The notes below the pieces were generated by a model that worked only from the letters and a program-made list of their open reading frames with translations, made no database searches and was not told where the DNA came from. A stretch of 63,088 nucleotides of DNA, filler included, from Squatina squatina (lineage: Eukaryota): NCBI GenBank assembly GCA_031763465.1. It is 4 parts of 4 records of this genome, joined end to end, with 100 filler letters (N's around TTAATTAATTAA, not from the genome) between each part and the next. Parts side by side here need not be neighbours in the genome. Positions count along the whole stretch, not along the records: positions 36,227 to 49,949 come from JARFOE010000051.1; positions 50,050 to 63,088 come from JARFOE010000001.1; 2 more parts are not named here. One strand, given 5' to 3'. The translations under genes and the position numbers were made by a program. Position 1 is the first letter of the stretch; each line of letters opens with the position of its first letter. Of this stretch, positions 48,563 to 61,105 are shown in pieces.

Positions 48563-48615
48563 TCGGATATTCTTGTTCCACCGAGAAGTGACACAGTGGC
48601 TTCGGAGTTACATTG
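48563..48615 (-). pseudogene. Putative decayed chitinase SxGGW exon
   Basis: ttcag| ... |gtaagt bound 53 nt where 57 is expected. Starts C AAT (N), has K.L and TCA...GG TGG AAC (W-N), but these are not in one frame. Confidence 0.45.
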
Positions 48616-48819
48616 CTGAATTTCAATTGGGTTCGGTAATGGGCTTCTACTCTCCCAGTTTATACTCATTTGTTTGCTGCTTGTGAATGTTGCAGAAGGG
48701 AGAAGGGGAACTTATGGTATGGGTGATTTGTACTAAAGGTTTTTTGATGCAAAATTCAAAATGGTAACAATTTAATGTTGACTTCTTTTTGGGATTACAG
48801 TAAGAAAAAAAAAGGACTA

Positions 48820-49058
48820 AGTTAGAAGGTTCAAGTGCCACTCCAGAGACTGGAGCACATAATCTAGGTGCAGTACTGAGGGAGTGTTGCATTGTCGGTG
48901 GTGCCGCCTTTCGGGCGAGACATTAAATCAAGCCCAGTCTGACCTCTCAAGTGGTCATAAAAGATCCCGATATTATAGCAGTGACTAAACTTCACATGTA
49001 CTTCATTTTCTGCAAAGTGCTTTGGGATGTCCTGACATTGTGAAAGCTGTTATATATT
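48820..49058 (+). mobile_element. Internally deleted DeuSINE
   Basis: GGTTCAAGT.CCACTCCAGAGACT...TAAAAGATCCC jumps directly to the tail. Confidence 0.8.
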
Positions 49059-49064
49059 TATCAT

Positions 49065-49520
49065 GTCAGCCGTGGCTCAGTTGGTGGCACTCTCATCCCT
49101 GAATCAGAAGATTGTGGGTTCAAGTCCCATTCCAGAGACTTGAGCACAAAAATCTCGGCTCACACTCCAGTGCAGTGCTGAGGAAGTGCTGCACTGCCGG
49201 AGGAGCTGTCCTTCAGCTGAAACGTTAAACCGAGGCCTAGTCTGCCCTCCCAGGTGGACATAAAAGATCCTATTGCACTATTTTGAAGAACAGCAGGGGA
49301 GCTATCCCCGGTGTCCCGGTCAATACTTATCCTCAATCAACATAACAAAATCATATTATCTGTTCATTATCACATTGCTGTTTGTGGGAGCTTGCTGTGC
49401 ACAAATCGGCTGCTGTGCTTCCTACATTGCAAAAGTAACTACACTTCAAAAATACTTCATTGGCTGTAAAGCGCTTTGGGGTGTCTGGTGGTCGTGGACG
49501 GCTCTATATAAATGCAAGTG
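49065..49520 (+). mobile_element. Full-length tRNA-derived DeuSINE (SacSINE1/AmnSINE1-related)
   Basis: Pol III A box TGGCTCAGTTGG and B box GGTTCAAGTCC. Deu core TTAAACCGAGGCC...CAGGTGGAC.TAAAAGATCC...GCTGTTTGTGGGA.CTTGCTGTGC. L2-like tail. Confidence 0.9.
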
Positions 49521-49993
49521 CTTTCATGGAGAACTCTTTACTCCTGTTATTCTCATTTCATACAATTGAAGAGGAAATCAATTAACTAAGGCAAAATGCC
49601 TAGTTAAGAAGGCCTAGGTAAGAGGGCCACAATGGCCCCATGGGAGAATTTTTGTTCAGGACAGCACTGTGGGAAACTGCTGATTGTGAAACAAAGGAAC
49701 ATTTATATAATGATGAGTTTGAAATTAATGTTTCAAAAGCCCTGTGACTTCACACAGCCCAAAATTGAAAAGCACAGCTGGTTTCGTAACTGGAAGCCTG
49801 CCTTTCATTGTAAGCTTTGGTGTTTGGTCTCTTGGAACTGTGACAAACTGACAAGGAAGGCGGTGGAGAAAAAAGAGAGACTGATTTTTCAGGACCTTTT
49901 GAAAAAAAAATACACAGCAAGACAGAGGGAGAAGAGAGAACGACCCAAANNNNNNNNNNNNNNNNNNNNNNNNNNNNNNNNNNNNNNNNNNNN

Positions 49994-50005
49994 TTAATTA
50001 ATTAA
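49994..50005. other. Artificial scaffold spacer TTAATTAATTAA
   Basis: 44 N on each side. Confidence 0.97.
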
Positions 50006-51054
50006 NNNNNNNNNNNNNNNNNNNNNNNNNNNNNNNNNNNNNNNNNNNNTATATCCTCATGCTTGACATCTTGATACCAACTTTAACTGAAGAGGCAGAG
50101 ATATGACAATGGAGGTTAACAAACCAATTCAGATAAATACAGAATCTTTTTAATTATAGCTACCATTTGCTGAGTCTTTATTATATGGTATATTATTCAA
50201 TGTCTTGATTTGAAAAGTGCTGTATGTTATTTTAGTTGATGATTGATATATATCATAAGTTGTGTATTACAGCTTTATTGTAAAAATTTAAGAAGCTTTG
50301 TTAACCAGATTTATGATATTGATATTTACATGTATATCACACAGTTGCATCTTATGCAGAACACTCTCGATTACTGACTAAAAGCAGAGGAGATTAACCG
50401 GTGATTTGATTGAGGTGTTAACAATTTTGAAGGGATGAGACAGGGTAGATTGAAACAGATTGTTTCCAGCAGTTGAGGGGTCTAGAATGAAGATGATAGA
50501 TACAAGATAAAATGTAAGTTATGTGGGTGTTTGGAAAGCTGCAAGAATGTCTACGCTGGATATGTAGATAGATACTGTGTTTTAATGTATTGGAGGTTAA
50601 CCTTTCACCACTTAAAAGCTTTACCTCTCGTATCATGTTTGGTATCGCTGAACCTTTTCAAATCGCTGCAGGTCCCCAGTAAACTAATTTTGCAGGAAAG
50701 TTCCTGACTGGATGCATGAATTTAACTAAACCAGACTTACCAGTAATGTTAATGAGTATGGCAAATTACCCACTTGCTTTGCATTTGTACATGTGTTTAT
50801 ACAGTTCAGTTTATGGCCTTGTTCTACCAGTAAGTTCTGATTCCTGAAGGCAGTGTGTGGCAATTAGTGCTGGGCAGGTTCTACTGGCTGTGAATAACCG
50901 GCACTGTCATAATGTGAAACTAAGTTATGTAGTCATGCAATGAAATGTAATATCNNNNNNNNNNNNNNNNNNNNNNNNNNNNNNNNNNNNNNNNNNNNNN
51001 NNNNNNNNNNNNNNNNNNNNNNNNNNNNNNNNNNNNNNNNNNNNNNNNNNNNNN

Positions 51055-51380
51055 TATAATATTATGAGGGGACTAGATAGAGTGGATAGGAAAAACCCAT
51101 TTCCTTCCAGGGGGCATAGGTTTAAAGTAATTGGTAGAAGGATTAGAGGGGTGTTGAGAACTTTTTTTTACCAAGAGGGTGGTGGGGATCTGGAACTCAC
51201 TTCCTGAAAAGGTGGTAGAGGTAGAAACCCTCCTCACAATTAAAAAGTACTTGAATATGCATTTGAAGTGCTGTAGCCTACAAGGCTGCGGACCAAGTGG
51301 GATTAGGCTGGATAGCACTTTTCGGGCAGCACAGACATGATGGGTTGAATAGCCTCCTTCTGTGCCATAAATTTCTATGA
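51055..51380 (+). mobile_element. CR1 3' end
   Basis: IMRGLDRVDR...GHRFKVIG...VVGIWNSLPE plus the tail. Confidence 0.85.
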
Positions 51381-53552
51381 TTAAACCACCTGACCAGTAT
51401 AACTACACCCAAATTGACAACACTAAAATAATGTTTGTTTCATTAAACCAATCTGACATTGTTGCACAAATTCCTACTTCTGCAGCTATACTAATCAACC
51501 ACTTTTGAACACCCTGAACAGAAACCTGTGCATTCAATTTCTGTTTGTGGCCACCATTGCTATTAGCTGTCCCTGTGTCAGCTAAATGATGACATCCTCA
51601 ACATGATATCACAACAAAAAGCTAAAATCGTGGACATTTTAATCTTAATGGCCAGAACTAAGCCTTTAATGCTGTTCAGTTAGATTGACTTTCCTGGTGC
51701 TAATTGCAGTCCTAAACACTCCTAAAATAAAGTGGAAGTCACCACTAACGACACATTGCAAAACGTCCCACTCTAAACTATCTTTGTTAGCTCATTCTAT
51801 GTTAATCCTACAACTCTTTTAACAGTAGTGTAATCACCAGCACTTAAGTAACACCACTCTGTCCCATTAGTTTGTTGTTAATTATAGGAAAATGAAGAGT
51901 TTTGGATGTATTCGGTTACAAAATAACATCTTTATTTTGTCATGACTTCACCAATGGCCATTAACCCATTGTGCACTGAGTAGGTAATGTAACAAATTAA
52001 CACTGTGGTATTTACTCAGAAAACACCATGAATGAATAAACACTGGTCTGTGCTTTTTGAAACTAATTTATAAGGTTCAATATTCCAGATTCAAAGACTA
52101 TTGTCCATTTTGCAAGTGTTCTGTGGCAGATGTTAACTCAGTATAAATGTTGGTGTGAAGTCATCAAAGGGAATTTGGTATTCAAAGGGTTAAAGTGCAG
52201 CTGAAGCCCTTCCATTTCTTGTGGTGTTGTTAATACTGATGAGTTAATAATTGGCTGGCAGATTTACCTTCTGAAGTGCAAGACAGACAACAAAGCTCAG
52301 ATTTTTTTGTTTTCCTTCAGGTTGTGCGTGAAAGCCACCAGCTGACAAACACAAAAGAGCCAGACATCAGAGAATGATGGAATTTTGAAGAGAACACTTT
52401 GTTCAACACCTGCATTGCTTTAGTAGCCTCAGTCTTTAGCACAGCTGTCTCCAACTGGACTGCTTAACAACCCTTCATTGACTGAGGTAGAGGTGATGAA
52501 AATAAGAACAAACCCATTAAGTGCCTGAAACAGTCAAGAAAATGTACTCGGGGTGAGAATTTAAGTGGTTGCTGGAAAGTGCAGCAGACCACCTGCTAGT
52601 AGGAGGCATAGACAGATATTTTGTAGAATGGATATAGATTACCATCTGTGGTCAGTAAAATGGAGTTGCTTAAAACAATACTCCAAAAATGGAAAGGCAC
52701 TTTTAATGTTTAGAATATTATTCTTGCGTGCTTGAGGCAAATTGGCTAATGGAGCAATGCAGTGCCACCAATGGCAGGAAGGTGTAAATACATTGTGACA
52801 AGTTGACATAGTCAATTTCCATTGTAAGTTTGGACATAGGCATTTATAATGAAAAAGGTTGACAGGAAGTGCATAAATTGTAAGATTTTCAATATATTTT
52901 GGATCAGTGTATATGTGGACACATGTGTAAATACTTAAACTAAAAATGATTAGTCATCATTCTCTCAACTAAGGCCTTTTCTACACAGAGACCTCATCTT
53001 TTATTTTCCCTGCAATGTCTAGAATGCATTAACGTGCATAAAACTAATTCAGAAATTTAACCTGCGCAGATTCATTATCTTCTGCACAGCAAAGTGATGT
53101 ATCAACTCATTATCTTCTCTTTTCAGATTCCACGACTGATTCACATAGGGCCTGCAAAATATTTTGGAAACACAGTAACTGGAGGTCCTTTTCACATTAC
53201 AATGTAAGACACGTTCAAATTGAATTTCATCTACACCCATACTTTATGATTTTTTCACAATTTATTACAGTTCACTATGATCTTTTATTGAATAATGAAG
53301 GTTATTTTGCGATTGTATCAATTTACACCATAATGTAATAGTAACATTTTAAGTACTTTATATAATTAAAATCTGTACTAAATCTGAGAATACTTGGTTT
53401 GTACTAATCAAAGTCCATTATGATTTAATTAAGATTTTCATAAACACAGTTTTGTTGCTCAAGTAACAAAGTGATTGCAAAGGTCAGTTTTCTTAGTGCT
53501 ATCCAGGTAGATGAAAGTAAATATTTACCTGCAACAAAAGCACTCCAAATAC

Positions 53553-53849
53553 TGTGGCTTCAAGTCCCACTCCAGAAACTTGAACACATAATATAGGCTG
53601 ACACTTCAGTGCAGTAAGGAGGGAGTGCTTCATTGTCTTTTGGATGAGCCTTATCTATGCTAATACAAAACTGAGGCCTTATCTACACTCTCTGGTGGAA
53701 GTAAAAGATCCCATGGCACTATTTTGAAGAAGGACAGGGGAGTTCTCCCCAGTGTCCAGGCCAATATTTACCCCTCAACCAAGTAAGTAAAAAACAAATT
53801 ATTTGGTCATTAACGCATTGCTGTTTGTGGGACCGTACTGAGCAGAAAT
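53553..53849 (+). mobile_element. DeuSINE copy
   Basis: TTCAAGTCCCACTCCAGA...GTAAAAGATCCCATGGCACTATTTTGAAG...GCTGTTTGTGGGA. Confidence 0.85.
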
Positions 53850-56487
53850 NNNNNNNNNNNNNNNNNNNNNNNNNNNNNNNNNNNNNNNNNNNNNNNNNNN
53901 NNNNNNNNNNNNNNNNNNNNNNNNNNNNNNNNNNNNNNNNNNNNNNNNNGACTTAATGGGTCATTGTATAACTCATTAAAACTGCAAATCACAAGCAGCA
54001 GAATTGATTATTTATGACACTGGAACGTTGATTCTTTTAAGGAGAGAAGAGGCTTCGTTGGCTATGGGTGACATTGTATTATCATATTGAGTTACAGGTG
54101 CTGTAAGAAATAGATAAATGGCATTGAATGTGGATTGTGGTCAACTGACACTGAAGCTGAATGGGACTAGAATGACTCTATGCTATCATTCAGCTCATGG
54201 AGGTGTACAAGGAGCAAAGAGTATATCGAGACACTAAAATATAAAGACCACCCAAATGCAAAAAGACAGCAGTGGGTCAAGCCTTTCCATTAAAGGGAAC
54301 TATTGTCTTTATCAATTTGTGAAATAGTTTAAATGTTTACTTGATATAATTAAATGCTTAACCAAATAAATGTTGGATAATGACATCTAGAAATGTTAGA
54401 TAAGGTTGAAGTGATACTGATTTAAACGTTTATTTTATAATAGACTTACATAAGCATGATGAAGCATCAATGTATTCTTTTTGTCACAGAAAAAAATGAG
54501 AACTTTCTCTAGGTTTGCTTTTGTTGCTATGGTGCCAAGTTTCCAAATGTTAAAGTTACTGTGAAGTACAATAGCAAAGGAAACTGGAATCTCAAAAAAA
54601 AGACTCTGTAGACCACTAACTAAAAACCATACATCAAATAAATGGTTTGAAGTCAGGCGCTTAAGCCAAATCCAAGAAAAGATTTTCAATGCAATCATGC
54701 AGCTATTCGAAAACCACAGCAGCATTAAAAGAGTAAAAGACTTAAATAGAGGCACTCCAGGCTGCAGTATATTTTACTGTTNNNNNNNNNNNNNNNNNNN
54801 NNNNNNNNNNNNNNNNNNNNNNNNNNNNNNNNNNNNNNNNNNNNNNNNNNNNNNNNNNNNNNNNNNNNNNNNNNNNNNNNNTAGTTGAATCTGGAAGTAG
54901 AAAGACATGTATGAAGGATTCCGCAATGGAGGTTTAGAGCAGCTGTCGCATTGGAGAATATCTATTATAGTTTTGGATTCATATCAATCACTTAGGATAT
55001 ATAAATCACTTGGTCCCAACAAGTTCACCACTGCCAAAGAACCCTGCACATCTGTCCTCTGTGACAGAAAGCTTGAAGCCAGGAATAAAGCAATGGATCC
55101 AATTGTTAATTTTCATGGCTTCTCCAGTGCATGTCGCTATGAGACAACTTGTGATACTGAAACAGCTGGAGAAACACAACTTATCTCAAAAAGCATGTCT
55201 GAAGGAGTTGCCCTCAGTATATTCTCTAGACGAATATGAATCTTGTTATGCATAATAACAAGAAAGCCTGTAATCTGGCCACCCAGAGCCTAGACTTTAT
55301 AGCAAAATGAGACTGAATTAGTGAGCGAAGGAGCTCTGGGAGTGAAAGTAACTAATTGGAGTACCTTGGAGAAGAGAACCCATGCAAAACCAAAATGGCC
55401 CCACTAACATAGAAAGGTCATCAGGAGTATTAGTGTTGTTTCTGTGTGCGAGATGCCCATTTCTAAAAGTTATGTTGTGAAAGCTCATCCAAATTGGACA
55501 TATTCATTTATTCAAAAGATTGCAATGTCTGTAAATGCAACTTGTAAGGTGGCAATTCTTCCAAATAATGGTCTTTCTTGGATAAAAAGCTAGTGCCTGA
55601 GAGGCTGTCTGACATTCTGATGCTGTTATGAGGCAAATGATTCAACTCAATGTAGNNNNNNNNNNNNNNNNNNNNNNNNNNNNNNNNNNNNNNNNNNNNN
55701 NNNNNNNNNNNNNNNNNNNNNNNNNNNNNNNNNNNNNNNNNNNNNNNNNNNNNNNTGCAGGTCTCCTGCCTGTTTTTGGGCGGGACTAATGGTCACCCAT
55801 TTCAAGGCCTGCCTCAAAGTTGCTTCAGGCGGGTAAATGAGGGCACAAGGTCCCCAACAGGTCTTCAACTGCCAGCCATCCATTGTTTCTGAATCACAAA
55901 GAAATCCCAATAATATGACTATTATACTGTTTTATGCATGGTTTTTATTGGCATACAGTATACTATTTTTGATTTTAATGCATGACCTATATATTTTATC
56001 TTCAAAAGTACTTAATCGGTTGTAAAGTGCTTTGGGAGGTCCTGAGGTTGTGAAAGGCGCTGTGTAAATGCAAGTGCTTTTGTTCTTTCTTTAATGCATT
56101 TCTTTTGTTACTGGTTATGGCAAGGTACGTTGGAATTTCATTTGAAATGTATCTGATTGACTTTAGAGCTGCAACGATTATCTTGTCATACAAATTAAAT
56201 GTAGTATAATGTGAATGGAGCTTTATTCTGCAGCTTGCTGTTACACTAATGATGCCAGTTGAGTGAACTTTGTGATGTTACATCAAAGGTAATTCTACAG
56301 CATCTGTCTGACATCTGTCACTAACAGTTTTAAAGGATAATATACACTGACAAGGGGGCAACTGAGAGACACTGCTAAGTTTACAGATGTCAACATTTAN
56401 NNNNNNNNNNNNNNNNNNNNNNNNNNNNNNNNNNNNNNNNNNNNNNNNNNNNNNNNNNNNNNNNNNNNNNNNNNNNNNNNNNNNNNN

Positions 56488-56980
56488 TTTCCTAGACCAC
56501 CCAATCTGTTCCCAGCAGGGAGATCGTCTCGAGATTCTTTTTCCTATATCAGAGTGTGAAACTGCTATTAGAAGCACGCCCTTGGATAAATCACTAGCTC
56601 TGGATGAATTGTCCTCACAGTTCTATGTCATGACAATGTTACTTAATAACTTTTAACAACACATAGTCCTCTGGCATCCTCCCGTGACCATGACCTTAGT
56701 TCAATTCTTTGCACTCCCACAAAAAGCAAAAGATTCACTTGCACTTACCACCAACAGACCAATATCATTAGTTAATGTAGACTGTAAAATTCTGACAAAA
56801 ACTGTGCTTATGGACCTACAGACTATGCTTCATGCTACAATTAATTTTGATCAATGAAGTTTATGAAGTGTGTCAGTGTCAGACAACTTGAGAAAGATCC
56901 TCAACACCCTTGGATATTGCAAACTGAATGTTATGGTAGACATGACCCTGCCTTTGGATGCAGAGAAGCTATTTGTTATG
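56488..56980 (+). mobile_element. Degraded L1-clade RT fragment
   Basis: AIRS.PL.KS...D.L.SQFY, RPISLVNVDCKILTK, VSDNLRKILN and LDAEKLF, spread across shifted frames. Confidence 0.8.
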
Positions 56981-57486
56981 GTGATTTTTTTTCCATGGGC
57001 TTTGATTCTGTCTTCTGATGCTGAATACATGTACAACACAATAGATTTCAAATATGCTTTCTGAAGTTTATTTCACTATCGAGAAGCTCATGCCTACACT
57101 GCAGTTATTCTATCAGAGAGCCATTCGGACTGAGCAGAAGGTGGTCAATTCAACTTCCCTGAGTTACTGGTGCTAACGGACGAATTGTTGAGCGCTAAGT
57201 TCCTGTTTCGGCGCTGTCCCTTTAAGGCCTGCAATTTGGCACATAGAAAAAACAATCTGAAAGCTTAAAAAAACGTGCTAATTTCGGCACTGAAGGGCCC
57301 CTGCTTAGTGCTGATTATTTTAGTTTATTTCACCAGTCCAATTGCAATATGAACCTAACTGGTACCAATCATCCCTCAGGCCACCTCACAACTTAAGGGG
57401 AGGCCTTTCCCACACTGCTTAGATCAGTATTGGAGAAGCTGGAGGGGAGATTCCTGAATAAGAAGAGGCATCACAGAAGAACACAG

Positions 57487-57732
57487 ATGGTAGACAGGAA
57501 TGGTGCCAGAGTGAGGGCTCCCCGGTTCACAGAGGCAGCCCTTGAGGCACTCGTACACACAGTAGACAGAAGGGTCGGAACCTTGTTTCCTGTGGCCAGA
57601 AGAAGGGGAACAGCCAAGATGATAAGGCGAGCCTGGAGGAACGTGGCAACGGAAGTGGGTTCCACGGATGTGACACCGGGGAATGGAAATCAATGTCGGA
57701 AGAAATTTAATGATCTCACGCGAGTTGTGAAG
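57487..57732 (+). CDS. Myb/SANT-like (trihelix, NAIF1/MSANTD-type) DNA-binding protein, exon 1
   Basis: RVRAPRFTEAALEALV..V..R...LFP...AWRNVA.EV...QCRKKFNDLTRVVK, with an AAG|gtgagt donor in phase 0. Confidence 0.8.
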
Positions 57733-57931
57733 GTGAGTGTAACGCTTGTAACAATGGACGCCTCAGCACCTCATTGTACAGTGCCATAGTCTTGACACAG
57801 TCGATAAGCTGCTTACACTGGAACTCTGCATAATTGCGCACACTGGGCATGGTACGCCTCTTGCCAATCCCAGTACATCACAACTTGAAAGGGGATGGTT
57901 GCCCATCATTCACTTCTCCTTGTTTCTGCAG

Positions 57932-58041
57932 GCTAAACTGGCAGCAATAAGGGCGTTTAGGAGGCGTCCAGATGCTGACAATCCAGAGCCACCCGAGATG
58001 TCCGATCTGGAAATCCAAGTAGCCAGGATCATGGGGGAAAA
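57932..58041 (+). CDS. Myb/SANT-like protein, exon 2 (truncated by a gap)
   Basis: Polypyrimidine tract plus ctgcag|, continuing in frame as AKLAAIRAFRRR...PPEMSDLEIQVARIMG. Confidence 0.7.
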
Positions 58042-59759
58042 CACGGGCGAGCCAATGGCCGNNNNNNNNNNNNNNNNNNNNNNNNNNNNNNNNNNNNNNN
58101 NNNNNNNNNNNNNNNNNNNNNNNNNNNNNNNNNNNNNNNNNNNNNNNNNNNNNNNNNNNNNACACAAAAAGAGAGGAATACATAAAGGGGTTCCTATCGT
58201 CAAAGTTTTAATTGTACAAATCAAAACTCTGGCTACCAAAAATCCAGCAAAACAAATACATTGTACGAAAGTACTGCATAGAAGAAACCCCAATAATTAC
58301 TAATCCACAGTTCTAAAAAATCTGGAGTTAAAGTCCCCAATCAAAAAAGCACTTTTATAAAATTTAACAAGTCATCTTTATGCAGTCACTTGCTAAAAGC
58401 TTAGACTGTGCCTGACCTTCACTACTCATTTTATAATTTGAGCACATGTCACATTCCCAGCAAGAAAATTAAGGAATCGTGTTAGTACTCATTAGCATGA
58501 AATCAGAATTGGCTTTCAAATTTGCATTAACCCCTCAGATATTTCATGCAACACCAGTAAAGATCATACACTGCGCTAGTTGGGTGGGGATCCAGTAAAA
58601 GGGATTTATACACTCCCACTTGTGTGCTTCACATCAGTAGGACCAATCCGACCCACTGAAAAACATACCCTACAGTCTTCAGGAGAAGATGGGAGAAAAG
58701 GGGGAAAAAAATTGTGGAACAGAAAATGCCACATAAGTGGATCAGCAAAAATTGTGCATTGTTTCACCGATTTTTACTGCCAGAGTAAGCTTTTCACACT
58801 TCAGACAAGAGAATTCTAAGTAGTTTTTTTCCATGCATTAACATAGTATTAGCTGATATTAGGAGCCAATAGTAGCTGACAGTGAAAAAAAGCAATAATT
58901 GAATCAAGGATTCTAATGATTGCAATAATGCTGTAAACTGCTGGAGTGAAGTTTGAGTGATTTGCAATGTAATTAAAACCCCAAGGTTCAATCACTCCCT
59001 TGTATCTGTCAGCTATTTTTTATTTGTAATAATATATACGACTTAATATTTATAGCTTGTTAGAGGTGGATTGGGTTCGAGTTACTAAACTGTGATTTCA
59101 AGGTGCTGCGGTAAAGATGAAAGCTGTTCCAAGTGCCATAGGTGAGAGGGTAATAAAGATAAGGATGATGTCGGACATGAAGGAGTACAGAATCACATAA
59201 CTGATGCTATCATGGTGTAAGGGTCATCATCCTCTAGCAGAATTTGACCCACGATATTTACAGTGATGTATTGCAACTGATGTTGTCAATCAGTTTTCTT
59301 ATACTACCAATTCANNNNNNNNNNNNNNNNNNNNNNNNNNNNNNNNNNNNNNNNNNNNNNNNNNNNNNNNNNNNNNNNNNNNNNNNNNNNNNNNNNNNNN
59401 NNNNNNNNNNNNNNNNNNNNNNNNNNNNNNNNNNNNNNNNNNNNNNNNNNNNNNNNNNNNNNNNNNNNNNNNNNNNNNNNNNNNNNNNNNNNNNNNNNNN
59501 NNNNNNNNNNNNNNNNNNNNNNNNNNNNNNNNNNNNNNNNNNNNNNNNNNNNNNNNNNNNNNNNNNNNNNNNNNNNNNNNNNNNNNNNNNNNNNNNNNNN
59601 NNNNNNNNNNNNNNNNNNNNNNNNNNNNNNNNNNNNNNNNNNNNNNNNNNNNNNNNNNNNNNNNNNNNNNNNNNNNNNNNNNNNNNNNNNNNNNNNNNNN
59701 NNNNNNNNNNNNNNNNNNNNNNNNNNNNNNNNNCAAACTATGGCCCTATTTTGAAGTTC

Positions 59760-60385
59760 CCTTTTATTGTCTCCCAGCTCTGTTCCCATCTCTCCCAAAA
59801 CTCACGGTTTGAATCCCTTCAGTTCAGCTGCCACTTTGCTCACGTCATTATTATTCATTGCCCCTCCTCCAACTCCAGAGGACCACTCTCACATGTCCCA
59901 TCCCTGCCTGTCCCAACACACCCAGTGCTTATCTAGCAACAGCTTCCCTTCCTGCTCCTGTAGTCACTTCCTGGGTGCCTTCTGAATCTATCTTTGGCCT
60001 TCTCCTCTTCCTCATCCAGATGCTACCACACTGCAGCATTATCTATAGCCACAATGTCAACTTCCATATGTATGCTGACGACACCAAGCTCCACCACTGC
60101 TCTTGACCCCAAAATCACCTCCATGCTGTCAGATTGCTGTCTGGCATCAAGTCATGGACAAACTTAACATTGGGAAGACCAGAACCTTCATATTCATCAT
60201 CCTCCATAAACCTGTCATGCTCCTCAATGCTGGAGTTTTAAATCCTTAATATCAATCTTTTAGGCAAAGCTTTTTGGTCACCGTGGCTTGCCATCATTTC
60301 CGTTATTTCTTTTATCTCTTTTTTCTCCCCCTTTGTAAAGTAGCTTGGGGCATTTTATAATGTTATGTAAGTACAACTTGTTGTT
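59760..60385 (+). mobile_element. Degraded L2 LINE (RT and tail)
   Basis: NY.PI...PF, FGLLLFLI.MLP, HNVNFHMYADDTKL, and a tail ending TTGTTGTTG. Confidence 0.8.
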
Positions 60386-61105
60386 GCAAAATGATTGTCA
60401 CAAGCAATAGTGGTACTTTAAGCCCCAACCCAACAATATGTGAAGTGCCTCTTACTTTTTAATATGAATGGCCCCCATCTTGAAAATTCCTTTAGTACAA
60501 ATGAAGAATTCAACATATGGGACTGCCTAAAATAAAACCTACTATAATAATTAATCACAAGGCTTGGGTGAGGTTTCAGCTCAGTAACTCATTGTAAAGA
60601 CAACATTTATATATGTGAACTTAATGGAGTCCTAATGCTCTATGGAGCTAAAACGTGCAGCTGTTGGTTCAGTTCTGTAAGCAATAATAACACATTGGTC
60701 AAACTGTAATTTTTATTTGTATTTTACCTTTGATTCTTATTTTGAGTTACTGAGCTAGAACCTCATCTTAGCTCCACAATTTGGTGCGGCAATATGTTTT
60801 ATCTTGAGCACAGATGGCCGCATGAAATTTATAGTGATGAAGAGAATTTTCAAATAGTGCCCAGTGTGCTGAGAAAGGATGGATGATATCAAAGGATGTA
60901 ATATGATGTAAAATGCAGCATATATGAGATAACAACAGAAATTGTACCATGCTTACACTTGAAGTATAAATGTTATTCAATTCCATTTTTGTTATAACAG
61001 TATTCAATGCAGAATACATACAGTCCTGGACATCAAAATCCTTTCAAAATCTTTTCTGAGACCTCTACATCTCTGCACAATATTTCTTTGGAATGGGCAA
61101 AATCA

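Larger units (their letters stand above)
57140..58041 (+). mobile_element. Harbinger element left end carrying the Myb/SANT gene
   Basis: Starts GGTGGTCAATTC, has GCGCTAA/GTGCTAA subterminal motifs, then a spliced Myb/SANT ORF that runs into a gap. Confidence 0.65.

Noticed and set aside
49065-49135. tRNA gene
   Set aside because: The A and B boxes belong to a SINE head that continues into the Deu domain, and it recurs many times in the window.
16885-50049. Three identical palindromic TTAATTAATTAA motifs as a biological repeat or recombination site
   Set aside because: Each sits in exactly 44 N + 12 + 44 N and gives stops in all six frames, so it is a concatenation spacer.
54907-55600. Overlapping ORFs with coding-like composition
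   Set aside because: Multiple stops and no diagnostic motif. At best an unclassifiable decayed element.
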